Assembly (NCBI RefSeq): GCF_009914755.1
Contig: NC_060928.1
Direction: 5' to 3' (one strand)
Source: the human T2T-CHM13v2.0 reference genome, Homo sapiens
Length of the DNA: 64,000 nt
Position 1 is the first letter of the stretch, and each line of letters begins with the position of its first letter. A program made the translations under genes and the position numbers. Below, in pieces: positions 40,401 through 54,300 of the stretch. Below the pieces are notes generated by a model that ran no database searches, was not told where the DNA came from, and saw only the letters and a list, made by a program, of their open reading frames with translations.

Positions 40401-43400
40401 TAGAATCTGCAGGTGGATATGTGGATAGCTCTGAAGATTTCGTTGGAAACGGGAATTTCTTCATATAAAATCAAACAGAAGCATTCTCAGAAACTTCTCA
40501 GTGATGTTTGCATTCAGCTCATGGAGTTGAACACTTCCTTTCATAGAGCCGGTGTGAAACACTCTTTCTGCACTACCTGGAAGAGGACATTTCGAGCGCT
40601 TTGAGTCCTATGGTGAAAAAGGAAATATCTTCTCATAAAAACCAGAAAGAAGCATTCTCAGAAACTTCTTTGTGTTGTGTGTACTCATGTAACAGTGTTG
40701 AACCATCCTTTTGACAGAGCAGTTTTGAAACACTCTTTTTGTAGAATCTGCAAGTGGATATTTGGATAGCTTTGAGGATTTCGTTGGAAACGGGATGACA
40801 TATAATATCTAGAGAGAAGCATTCTCAGGAACTTCTTTGTGATGTTTGCATTCAAGTCACAGAATTGAACATTCCCTTTCATAGAGCAGGTTTGAAACAC
40901 TCTTTCTCTAGTATCTGGAAGTTTGCATTTCAAGCGCTTTCAGGCCTATGGAGAGAAAGGAAATACCTTCAAATAAAAACTAGACAGAAGCATTCTCAGA
41001 AACTTATTTGTGATGTGTGTCCTCAACTAACAGAGTTGAACCTTTGTTTTGATACAGCATTTTGGAAACACTCCTTTTGTAGAATCTGCAGGTGGATATT
41101 TGGATAGCTTTGAAGATTTCGTTGGAAACCGGAATATCTTCATATAAAATCAAGACAGAAGCATTCTCGGAAACATCTCTGTGATGTTTGCATTCAACTC
41201 AGTAGAGTTGAACACTTCCTTTCATAGAGCCCGTTTGAAACACTCTTTCTGCACTACCTGGAAGCGGACATTTCGAGCACTTTGAGGCCTATGGTGAAAA
41301 AGGAAATATCTTCTCATAAAAACCAGAAAGAAGCATTCTCAGAAACTTCTTTGTGTTGTGTGTACTCAAGTAACAGTGTTGAACCTTCCTTTTGACAGAG
41401 CAGTTTTGAAACACTCTTTTGGTAGAATCTGCAAGTGGATATTTGGATAGCTTTGAGGATTTCGTTGGAAACGGGTTATCTTCATATAAAATCCAGACAG
41501 GAGCATTCTCAGAAACTTCTTTGTGCTGCATGTCCTCAATTCACAGAGCTGAACCTTTGTTTGGATACAGCATTTTGGAGACATTCCTTTAGTAGAATCT
41601 GCAAGTTGATATTTAGATAGCTTTGAAGATTTCGTTGGAAACGGGAATATCTTCATAGAAAATCTAGACGGAAGCATTCTCAGAAACTGCTTTGTGATGT
41701 TTGCATTCAAGTCACAGAGTTGAATATTCCCTTTTATAGAGTAGGTTTGAAACACTCTTTCGGCACTACCTGGAAGTGGATATTTCGAGCTCTTTGAGGC
41801 CTATGGTTAAAAGGAAATATCTTCCCATAAAAACTAGACAGAAGCCGTCTCAGAAACTTGTTTGTGATGTGTGTATTCAACTAACAGAGTTGAACATTTC
41901 TGTTACAGAGCAATTTTAAAACACTCTTTTTGTGGAATCTGAAAGTGGATAATTGGATAGCTTTGTGGATTTCGTTGGAAACGGGATGACGTATAAAATC
42001 TAGAGAGAAGCATTCTCAGGAACTTCTTTCTGATGTTTGCATTCAAGTCACAGAATTGAACATTCCTTTTCATAGTGCAGGTTTGAAACACTCTTTCTGT
42101 AGTATCTGGAAGTGGACATTTCAAGCGCTTTCAGGCCTACGGGGAGAAAGGAAATATCTTCAAATAAAAACTAGACAGAAGGATTCTCAGAAACTTATTT
42201 GTGATGTGTGTCCTAAACGAACACAGTTGAACCTTCGTTTTGATACAGCATTTTGGAAACACTCCTTTTGTAGGATCTGCAGGTGGATATTTGGATAGAT
42301 TTTAAGATTTCGTTGGAAACGGGAGTTTCTTCATATAAACTCAAGACAGATGCATTCTCAGAAACTTCTCTGTGATGTTTGCATTCCACTCATAGAGTTG
42401 AAAACTTCCTTTCATAGAGCAGGTTTGAAACACTCTTTTTGTAATATTTGGAAGTGTACATTTGCAGCGCTTTGAGGCCTATGGTGAAAAAGGAAATATC
42501 TTCTCATAAAAACCAGAAACAAGCATTCTCAGAAACTTCTTTTTGATGTGTGTACTCAAGTAACAGAGTTGAACCTTCCTTTTGACACAGCAGTTTTGAA
42601 ACAATCTTTTTGTAGAATCTGCAAGTGGATATTTGGATAGCTTTGAGGATTTCGTTGGAAACGGGATATCTTCATATAAAATCTAGACAGAAGCATTCTC
42701 AGAAACTTCTTTGTGCTGTATGTCCTCAATTAACAGAGTTGAACCATTGCTTGGATACAGCATTTTGGAAACATTCCTTTAGTAGAATCTGCAAGTTGAT
42801 ACTTAGATAGATTTGAAGATTTCGTTGGAAACGGGAATATCTCCATAGAAAATCTAGACGGAAGCATTCTCAGAAACTGCTTTGTGATGTTTCCATTCAA
42901 GTCACAGAGTTGAATATTCCCTTTTATAGAGCACGTTTGAAACACTCTTTCTGCACTATCTGGAAGTGGACATTTCGAGCGCTTTGAGGCCTACGGTGAA
43001 AAAGGAATTATCTTCCCATAAAAACTAGACAGAAGCATTCTCAGAAACTTGTTTGTGATGTGTGTATTCAACTAACAGAGTTGAACATTTGTTTTTACAG
43101 AGCCGTTTTTAAACACTCTTTTTGTGGAATCAGAAAGTGGATATTCGGATGGCTCTGAGGATTTCGTTGGAAGCGGGATTACGTATAAAATCTAGAGAGA
43201 AGCATTCTCAGGAACTTCTTTGTGATGTTTGCATTGAAGTCACAGAATTGAACATTCACTTTGATAGAGCAGGTTTGAAACACTCATTCTGTAGTATCTG
43301 GAAGTGGACATTTCAAGCGCTTTCAGGCCTATGGTGAGAAAGGAAATATCTTCGAATAAAAACTAGACAGAAGCATCCTCAGAAACTTATTTGTGATGTG

Positions 43401-43886
43401 TGTCCTCAACTAACAGAGTTGAAACTTTGTTTTGATACAGCATTTTGGAAACACTCTTTTTGTAGAATCTGCAGGTGGATATTTGGATAGCTTAGAGGGA
43501 TTCGTTGGAAAGGGGATATCTTCATATAAAATCTAGACAGAAGCATTCTCAGAAACTTATTTGTGATGTGTGTCCTCAACTAACAGAGTTGAACCTTGGT
43601 TTTGATACAGCATTTTGGAAACACTCCTTTTGAGGAATCTGCAGGTGGATATGTGGATAGCTCTGAAGATTTCGTTGGAAACGGGAATTTCTTCATATAA
43701 AATCAAACAGAAGCATTCTCAGAAACTTCTCAGTGATGTTTGCATTCAGCTCATGGAGTTGAACACTTCCTTTCATAGAGCCGGTTTGAAACACTCTTTC
43801 TGCACTACCTGGAAGAGGACATTTCGAGCGCTTTGAGTCCTATGGTGAAAAAGGAAATATCTTCTCATAAAAACCAGAAAGAAGCA
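37423..43886 (+). repeat. HOR copies 12-13, canonical 19-mers (starts 37423, 40655)
   Basis: Marker ORF spacing 3232. Confidence 0.93.
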
Positions 43887-46800
43887 TTCTCAGAAACTTC
43901 TTTGTGTTGTGTGTACTCATGTAACAGTGTTGAACCATCCTTTTGACAGAGCAGTTTTGAAACACTCTTTTTGTAGAATCTGCAAGTGGATATTTGGATA
44001 GCTTTGAGGATTTCGTTGGAAACGGTATGACATATAATATCTAGAGAGAAGCATTCTCAGGAACTTCTTTGTGATGTTTGCATTCAAGTCACAGAATTGA
44101 ACATTCCCTTTCATAGAGCAGGTTTGAAACACTCTTTCTCTAGTATCTGGAAGTGGGCATTTCAAGCGCTTTCAGGCCTATGGAGAGAAAGGAAATACCT
44201 TCAAATAAAAACTAGACAGAAGCATTCTCAGAAACTTATTTGTGATGTGTGTCCTCAACTAACAGAGTTGAACCTTTGTTTTGATACAGCATTTTGGAAA
44301 CACTCCTTTTGTAGAATCTGCAGGTGGATATTTGGATAGCTTTGAAGATTTCGTTGGAAACCGGAATATCTTCATATAAAATCAAGACAGAAGCATTCTC
44401 GGAAACATCTCTGTGATGTTTGCATTCAACTCAGTAGAGTTGAACACTTCCTTTCATAGAGCAGGTTTGAAACACTCTTTCTGCACTACCTGGAAGCGGA
44501 CATTTCGAGCGCTTTGAGGCCTATGGTGAAAAAGGAAATATCTTCTCATAAAAACCAGAAAGAAGCATTCTCAGAAACTTCATTGTGTTGTGTGTACTCA
44601 AGTAACAGTGTTGAACCTTCCTTTTGACACAGCAGTTTTGAAACACTCTTTTGGTAGAATCTGCATGTGGATATTTGGATAGCTTTGAGGATTTCGTTGG
44701 AAACGGGTTATCTTCATATAAAATCCAGACAGGAGCATTCTCAGAAACTTCTTTGTGCTGTATGTCCTCAATTCACAGAGCTGAACCTTTGTTTGGATAC
44801 AGCATTTTGGAAACATTCCTTTAGTAGAATCTGCAAGTTGATATTTAGATAGCTTTGAAGATTTCGTTGGAAACGGGAATATCTTCATAGAAAATCTAGA
44901 CGGAAGCATTCTCAGAAACTGCTTTGTGATGTTTGCATTCAAGTCACAGAGTTGAATATTCCCTTTTATAGAGTAGGTTTGAAACACTCTTTCGGCACTA
45001 CCTGGAAGTGGATATTTCGAGCTCTTTGAGGCCTATGGTTAAAAGGAAATATCTTCCCATAAAAACTAGACAGAAGCCGTCTCAGAAACTTGTTTGTGAT
45101 GTGTGTATTCAACTACCAGAGTTGAACATTTCTGTTACAGAGCAATTTTAAAACACTCTTTTTGTGGAATCTGAAAGTGGATAATTGGATAGCTTTGTGG
45201 ATTTCGTTGGAAACGGGATGACGTATAAAATCTAGAGAGAAGCATTCTCAGGAACTTCTTTCTGATGTTTGCATTCAAGTCACAGAATTGAACATTCCTT
45301 TTCATAGTGCAGGTTTGAAACACTCTTTCTGTAGTATCTGGAAGTGGACATTTCAAGCGCTTTCAGGACTACGGGGAGAAAGGAAATATCTTCAAATAAA
45401 AACTAGACAGAAGGATTCTCAGAAACTTATTTGTGATGTGTGTCCTAAACGAACACAGTTGAACCTTTGTTTTGATACAGCATTTTGGAAACACTCCTTT
45501 TGTAGGATCTGCAGGTGGATATTTGGATAGATTTTAAGATTTCGTTGGAAACGGGAATTTCTTCATATAAACTCAAGACAGATGCATTCTCAGAAACTTC
45601 TCTGTGATGTTTGCATTCCACTCATAGAGTTGAAAACTTCCTTTCATAGAGCAGGTTTGAAACACTCTTTCTGCACTACCTGGAAGCGGACATTTCGAGC
45701 GCTTTGAGGCCTATGGTGAAAAAGGAAATATCTTCTCATAAAAACCAGAAAGAAGCATTCTCAGAAACTTCTTTGTGTTGTGTGTACTCAAGTAACAGTG
45801 TTGAACCTTCCTTTTGACAGAGCAGTTTTGAAACACTCTTTTGGTAGAATCTGCAAGTGGATATTTGGATAGCTTTGAGGATTTCGTTGGAAACGGGTTA
45901 TCTTCATATAAAATCCAGACAGGAGCATTCTCAGAAACTTCTTTGTGCTGTATGTCCTCAATTCACAGAGCTGAACCTTTGTTTGGATACAGCGTTTTGG
46001 AGACATTCCTTTAGTAGAATCTGCAAGTTGATATTTAGATAGCTTTGAAGATTTCGTTGGAAACGGGAATATCTTCATAGAAAATCTAGACGGAAGCATT
46101 CTCAGAAACTGCTTTGTGATGTTTGCATTCAAGTCACAGAGTTGAATATTCCCTTTTATAGAGTAGGTTTGAAACACTCTTTCGGCACTACCTGGAAGTG
46201 GATATTTCGAGCTCTTTGAGGCCTATGGTTAAAAGGAAATATCTTCCCATAAAAACTAGACAGAAGCCGTCTCAGAAACTTGTTTGTGATGTGTGTATTC
46301 AACTAACAGAGTTGAACATTTCTGTTACAGAGCAATTTTAAAACACTCTTTTTGTGGAATCTGAAAGTGGATAATTGGATAGCTTTGTGGATTTCGTTGG
46401 AAACGGGATGACGTATAAAATCTAGAGAGAAGCATTCTCAGGAACTTCTTTCTGATGTTTGCATTCAAGTCACAGAATTGAACATTCCTTTTCATAGTGC
46501 AGGTTTGAAACACTCTTTCTGTAGTATCTGGAAGTGGACATTTCAAGCGCTTTCAGGCCTACGGGGAGAAAGGAAATATCTTCAAATAAAAACTAGACAG
46601 AAGGATTCTCAGAAACTTATTTGTGATGTGTGTCCTAAACGAACACAGTTGAACCTTTGTTTTGATACAGCATTTTGGAAACACTCCTTTTGTAGGATCT
46701 GCAGGTGGATATTTGGATAGATTTTAAGATTTCGTTGGAAACGGGAGTTTCTTCATATAAACTCAAGACAGATGCATTCTCAGAAACTTCTCTGTGATGT

Positions 46801-48308
46801 TTGCATTCCACTCATAGAGTTGAAAACTTCCTTTCATAGAGCAGGTTTGAAACACTCTTTTTGTAATATTTGGAAGTGTACATTTGCAGCGCTTTGAGGC
46901 CTATGGTGAAAAAGGAAATATCTTCTCATAAAAACCAGAAACAAGCATTCTCAGAAACTTCTTTTTGATGTGTGTACTCAAGTAACAGAGTTGAACCTTC
47001 CTTTTGACACAGCAGTTTTGAAACAATCTTTTTGTAGAATCTGCAAGTGGATATTTGGATAGCTTTGAGGATTTCGTTGGAAACGGGATATCTTCATATA
47101 AAATCTAGACAGAAGCATTCTCAGAAACTTCTTTGTGCTGTATGTCCTCAATTAACAGAGTTGAACCATTGCTTGGATACAGCATTTTGGAAACATTCCT
47201 TTAGTAGAATCTGCAAGTTGATATTTAGATAGATTTGAAGATTTCGTTGGAAACGGGAATATCTCCATAGAAAATCTAGACGGAAGCATTCTCAGAAACT
47301 GCTTTGTGATGTTTCCATTCAAGTCACAGAGTTGAATATTCCCTTTTATAGAGCACGTTTGAAACACTCTTTCTGCACTATCTGGAAGTGGACATTTCGA
47401 GCGCTTTGAGGCCTATGGTGAAAAAGGAATTATCTTCCCATAAAAACTAGACAGAAGCATTCTCAGAAACTTGTTTGTGATGTGTGTATTCAACTAACAG
47501 AGTTGAACTTTTGTTTTTACAGAGCCGTTTTTAAACACTCTTTTTGTGGAATCAGAAAGTGGATATTCGGATGGCTCTGAGGATTTCGTTGGAAGCGGGA
47601 TTACGTATAAAATGTAGAGAGAAGCATTCTCAGGAACTTCTTTGTGATGTTTGCATTGAAGTCACAGAATTGAACATTCACTTTGATAGAGCAGGTTTGA
47701 AACACTCATTCTGTAGTATCTGGAAGTGGACATTTCAAGCGCTTTCAGGCCTATGGTGAGAAAGGAAATATCTTCGAATAAAAACTAGACAGAAGCATCC
47801 TCAGAAACTTATTTGTGATGTGTGTCCTCAACTAACAGAGTTGAAACTTTGTTTTGATACAGCATTTTGGAAACACTCTTTTTGTAGAATCTGCAGGTGG
47901 ATATTTGGATAGCTTAGAGGGATTCGTTGGAAAGGGGATATCTTCATATAAAATCTAGACAGAAGCATTCTCAGAAACTTATTTGTGATGTGTGTCCTCA
48001 ACTAACAGAGTTGAACCTTGGTTTTGATACAGCATTTTGGAAACACTCCTTTTGTAGAATGTGCAGGTGGATATGTGGATAGCTCTGAAAATTTCGTTGG
48101 AAACGGGAATTTCTTCATATAAAATCAAACAGAAGCATTCTCAGAAACTTCTCAGTGATGTTTGCATTCAGCTCATGGAGTTGAACACTTCCTTTCATAG
48201 AGCCGGTTTGAAACACTCTTTCTGCACTACCTGGAAGAGGACATTTCGAGCGCTTTGAGTCCTATGGTGAAAAAGGAAATATCTTCTCATAAAAACCAGA
48301 AAGAAGCA
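43887..48308 (+). repeat. HOR copy 14, 26-mer structural variant, 4422 bp
   Basis: Spacing 44097 to 48519 = 4422; duplicated ORFs 44667/45857 and 45288/46478. Confidence 0.93.
45587..45757 (+). repeat. Hybrid monomer m11/m4
   Basis: Same junction as the other two; switch within 45636-45670. Confidence 0.9.
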
Positions 48309-51300
48309 TTCTCAGAAACTTCTTTGTGTTGTGTGTACTCATGTAACAGTGTTGAACCATCCTTTTGACAGAGCAGTTTTGAAATACTCTTTTTATAGAA
48401 TCTGCAAGTGGATATTTGGATAGCTTTGAGGATTTCGTTGGAAACGGGATGACATATAATATCTAGAGAGAAGCATTCTCAGGAACTTCTTTGTGATGTT
48501 TGCATTCAAGTCACAGAATTGAACATTCCCTTTCATAGAGCAGGTTTGAAACACTCTTTCTCTAGTATCTGGAAGTGGGCATTTCAAGCGCTTTCAGGCC
48601 TATGGAGAGAAAGGAAATACCTTCAAATAAAAACTAGACAGAAGCATTCTCAGAAACTTATTTGTGATGTGTGTCCTCAACTAACAGAGTTGAACCTTTG
48701 TTTTGATACAGCATTTTGGAAACACTCCTTTTGTAGAATCTGCAGGTGGATATTTTTATAGCTTTGAAGATTTCGTTGGAAACCGGAATATCTTCATATA
48801 AAATCAAGACAGAAGCATTCTCGGAAACATCTCTGTGATGTTTGCATTCAACTCAGTAGAGTTGAACACTTCCTTTCATAGAGCAGGTTTGAAACACTCT
48901 TTCTGCACTACCTGGAAGCGGACATTTCGAGCGCTTTGAGGCCTATGGTGAAAAAGGAAATATCTTCTCATAAAAACCAGAAAGAAGCATTCTCAGAAAC
49001 TTCTTTGTGTTGTGTGTACTCAAGTAACAGTGTTGAACCTTCCTTTTGACAGAGCAGTTTTGAAACACTCTTTTGGTAGAATCTGCAAGTGGATATTTGG
49101 ATAGCTTTGAGGATTTCGTTGGAAACGGGTTATCTTCATATAAAATCCAGACAGGAGCATTCTCAGAAACTTCTTTGTGCTGTATGTCCTCAATTCACAG
49201 AGCTGAACCTTTGTTTGGATACAGCATTTTGGAGACATTCCTTTAGTAGAATCTGCAAGTTGATATTTAGATAGCTTTGAAGATTTCGTTGGAAACGGGA
49301 ATATCTTCATAGAAAATCTAGACGGAAGCATTCTCAGAAACTGCTTTGTGATGTTTGCATTCAAGTCACAGAGTTGAATATTCCCTTTTATAGAGTAGGT
49401 TTGAAACACTCTTTCGGCACTGCCTGGAAGTGGATATTTCGAGCTCTTTGAGGCCTATGGTTAAAAGGAAATATCTTCCCATAAAAACTAGACAGAAGCC
49501 GTCTCAGAAACTTGTTTGTGATGTGTGTATTCAACTAACAGAGTTGAACATTTCTGTTACAGAGCAATTTTAAAACACTCTTTTTGTGGAATCTGAAAGT
49601 GGATAATTGGATAGCTTTGTGGATTTCGTTGGAAACGGGATGACGTATAAAATCTAGAGAGAAGCATTCTCAGGAACTTCTTTCTGATGTTTGCATTCAA
49701 GTCACAGAATTGAACATTCCTTTTCATAGTGCAGGTTTGAAACACTCTTTCTGTAGTATCTGGAAGTGGACATTTCAAGCGCTTTCAGGCCTACGGGGAG
49801 AAAGGAAATATCTTCAAATAAAAACTAGACAGAAGGATTCTCAGAAACTTATTTGTGATGTGTGTCCTAAACGAACACAGTTGAACCTTTGTTTTGATAC
49901 AGCATTTTGGAAACACTCCTTTTGTAGGATCTGCAGGTGGATATTTGGATAGATTTTAAGATTTCGTTGGAAACGGGAGTTTCTTCATATAAACTCAAGA
50001 CAGATGCATTCTCAGAAACTTCTCTGTGATGTTTGCATTCCACTCATAGAGTTGAAAACTTCCTTTCATAGAGCAGGTTTGAAACACTCTTTTTGTAATA
50101 TTTGGAAGTGGACATTTGCAGCGCTTTGAGGCCTATGGTGAAAAAGGAAATATCTTCTCATAAAAACCAGAAACAAGCATTCTCAGAAACTTCTTTTTGA
50201 TGTGCGTACTCAAGTAACAGAGTTGAACCTTCCTTTTGACACAGCAGTTTTGAAACAATCTTTTTGTAGAATCTGCAAGTGGATATTTGGATAGCTTTGA
50301 GGATTTCGTTGGAAACGGGATATCTTCATATAAAATCTAGACAGAAGCATTCTCAGAAACTTCTTTGTGCTGTATGTCCTCAATTAACAGAGTTGAACCA
50401 TTGCTTGGATACAGCATTTTGGAAACATTCCTTTAGTAGAATCTGCAAGTTGATATTTAGATAGATTTGAAGATTTCGTTGGAAACGGGAATATCTCCAT
50501 AGAAAATCTAGACGGAAGCATTCTCAGAAACTGCTTTGTGATGTTTCCATTCAAGTCACAGAGTTGAATATTCCCTTTTATAGAGCACGTTTGAAACACT
50601 CTTTCTGCACTATCTGGAAGTGGACATTTCGAGCGCTTTGAGGCCTATGGTGAAAAAGGAATTATCTTCCCATAAAAACTAGACAGAAGCATTCTCAGAA
50701 ACTTGTTTGTGATGTGTGTATTCAACTAACAGAGTTGAACTTTTGTTTTTACAGAGCCGTTTTTAAACACTCTTTTTGTGGAATCAGAAAGTGGATATTC
50801 GGATGGCTCTGAGGATTTCGTTGGAAGCGGGATTACGTATAAAATCTAGAGAGAAGCATTCTCAGGAACTTCTTTGTGATGTTTGCATTGAAGTCACAGA
50901 ATTGAACATTCACTTTGATAGAGCAGGTTTGAAACACTCATTCTGTAGTATCTGGAAGTGGACATTTCAAGCGCTTTCAGGCCTATGGTGAGAAAGGAAA
51001 TATCTTCGAATAAAAACTAGACAGAAGCATCCTCAGAAACTTATTTGTGATGTGTGTCCTCAACTAACAGAGTTGAAACTTTGTTTTGATACAGCATTTT
51101 GGAAACACTCTTTTTGTAGAATCTGCAGGTGGATATTTGGATAGCTTAGAGGGATTCGTTGGAAAGGGGATATCTTCATATAAAATCTAGACAGAAGCAT
51201 TCTCAGAAACTTATTTGTGATGTGTGTCCTCAACTAACAGAGTTGAACCTTGGTTTTGATACAGCATTTTGGAAACACTCCTTTTGTAGAATCTGCAGGT

Positions 51301-54300
51301 GGATATGTGGATAGCTCTGAAGATTTCGTTGGAAACGGGAATTTCTTCATATAAAATCAAACAGAAACATTCTCAGAAACTTCTCAGTGATGTTTGCATT
51401 CAGCTCATGGAGTTGAACACTTCCTTTCATAGAGCCGGTTTGAAACACTCTTTCTGCACTACCTGGAAGAGGACATTTCGAGCGCTTTGAGTCCTATGGT
51501 GAAAAAGGAAATATCTTCTCATAAAAACCAGAAAGAAGCATTCTCAGAAACTTCTTTGTGTTGTGTGTACTCATGTAACAGTGTTGAACCATCCTTTTGA
51601 CAGAGCAGTTTTGAAACACTCTTTTTGTAGAATCTGCAAGTGGATATTTGGATAGCTTTGAGGATTTCGTTGGAAACGGGATGACATATAATATCTAGAG
51701 AGAAGCATTCTCAGGAACTTCTTTGTGATGTTTGCATTCAAGTCACAGAATTGAACATTCCCTTTCATAGAGCAGGTTTGAAACACTCTTTCTCTAGTAT
51801 CTGGAAGTGGGCATTTCAAGCGCTTTCAGGCCTATGGAGAGAAAGGAAATACCTTCAAATAAAAACTAGACAGAAGCATTCTCAGAAACTTATTTGTGAT
51901 GTGTGTCCTCAACTAACAGAGTTGAACCTTGGTTTTGATACAGCATTTTGGAAACACTCCTTTTGTAGAATCTGCAGGTGGATATTTGGATAGCTTTGAA
52001 GATTTCGTTGGAAACCGGAATATCTTCATATAAAATCAAGACAGAAGCATTCTCGGAAACATCTCTGTGATGTTTGCATTCAACTCAGTAGAGTTGAACA
52101 CTTCCTTTCATAGAGCAGGTTTGAAACACTCTTTCTGCACTACCTGGAAGCGGACATTTCGAGCGCTTTGAGGCCTATGGTGAAAAAGGAAATATCTTCT
52201 CATAAAAACCAGAAAGAAGCATTCTCAGAAACTTCTTTGTGTTGTGTGTACTCAAGTAACAGTGTTGAACCTTCCTTTTGACAGAGCAGTTTTGAAACAC
52301 TCTTTTGGTAGAATCTGCAAGTGGATATTTGGATAGCTTTGAGGATTTCGTTGGAAACGGGTTATCTTCATATAAAATCCAGACAGGAGCATTCTCAGAA
52401 ACTTCTTTGTGCTGTATGTCTTCAATTCACAGAGCTGAACCTTTGTTTGGATACAGCGTTTTGGAGACATTCCTTTAGTAGAATCTGCAAGTTGATATTT
52501 AGATAGCTTTGAAGATTTCGTTGGAAACGGGAATATCTTCATAGAAAATCTAGACGGAAGCATTCTCAGAAACTGCTTTGTGATGTTTGCATTCAAGTCA
52601 CAGAGTTGAATATTCCCTTTTATAGAGTAGGTTTGAAACACTCTTTCGGCACTACCTGGAAGTGGATATTTCGAGCTCTTTGAGGCCTATGGTTAAAAGG
52701 AAATATCTTCCCATAAAAACTAGACAGAAGCCGTCTCAGAAACTTGTTTGTGATGTGTGTATTCAACTAACAGAGTTGAACATTTCTGTTACAGAGCAAT
52801 TTTAAAACACTCTTTTTGTGGAATCTGAAAGTGGATAATTGGATAGCTTTGTGGATTTCGTTGGAAACGGGATGACGTATAAAATCTAGAGAGAAGCATT
52901 CTCAGGAACTTCTTTCTGATGTTTGCATTCAAGTCACAGAATTGAACATTCCTTTTCATAGTGCAGGTTTGAAACACTCTTTCTGTAGTATCTGGAAGTG
53001 GACATTTCAAGCGCTTTCAGGCCTACGGGGAGAAAGGAAATATCTTCAAATAAAAACTAGACAGAAGGATTCTCAGAAACTTATTTGGGATGTGTGTCCT
53101 AAACGAACACAGTTGAACCTTTGTTTTGATACAGCATTTTGGAAACACTCCTTTTGTAGGATCTGCAGGTGGATATTTGGATAGATTTTAAGATTTCGTT
53201 GGAAACGGGAATTTCTTCATAGAAACTCAAGACAGATGCATTCTCCGAAACTTCTCTGTGATGTTTGCATTCCACTCATAGAGTTGAAAACTTCCTTTCA
53301 TAGAGCAGGTTTGAAACACTCTTTTTGTAATATTTGGAAGTGGACATTTGCAGCGCTTTGAGGCCTATGGTGAAAAAGGAAATATCTTCTCATAAAAACC
53401 AGAAACAAGCATTCTCAGAAACTTCTTTTTGATGTGTGTACTCAAGTAACAGAGTTGAACCTTCCTTTTGACACAGCAGTTTTGAAACAATCTTTTTGTA
53501 GAATCTGCAAGTGGATATTTGGATAGCTTTGAGGATTTCGTTGGAAACGGGATATCTTCATATAAAATCTAGACAGAAGCATTCTCAGAAACTTCTTTGT
53601 GCTGTATGTCCTCAATTAACAGAGTTGAACCATTGCTTGGATACAGCATTTTGGAAACATTCCTTTAGTAGAATCTGCAAGTTGATATTTAGATAGATTT
53701 GAAGATTTCGTTGGAAAAGGGAATATCTCCATAGAAAATCTAGAGGGAAGCATTCTCAGAAACTGCTTTGTGATGTTTCCATTCAAGTCACAGAGTTGAA
53801 TATTCCCTTTTATAGAGCACGTTTGAAACACTCTTTCTGCACTATCTGGAAGTGGACATTTCGAGCGCTTTGAGGCCTATGGTGAAAAAGGAAATATCTT
53901 CCCACAAAAACTAGACAGAAGCATTCTCAGAAACTTGTTTGTGATGTGTGTATTCAACTAACAGAGTTGAACTTTTGTTTTTACAGAGCCGTTTTAAAAC
54001 ACTCTTTTTGTGGAATCAGAAAGTGGATATTCGGATGGCTCTGAGGATTTCGTTGGAAGCGGGATTACATATAAAATCTAGAGAGAAGCATTCTCAGGAA
54101 CTTCTTTGTGATGTTTGCATTGAAGTCACAGAATTGAACATTCACTTTGATAGAGCAGGTTTGAAACACTCATTCTGTAGTATCTGGAAGTGGACATTTC
54201 CAGCGCTTTCAGGCCTATGGTGAGAAAGGAAATATCTTCGAATAAAAACTAGACAGAAGCATCCTCAGAAACTTATTTGTGATGTGTGTCCTCAACTAAC

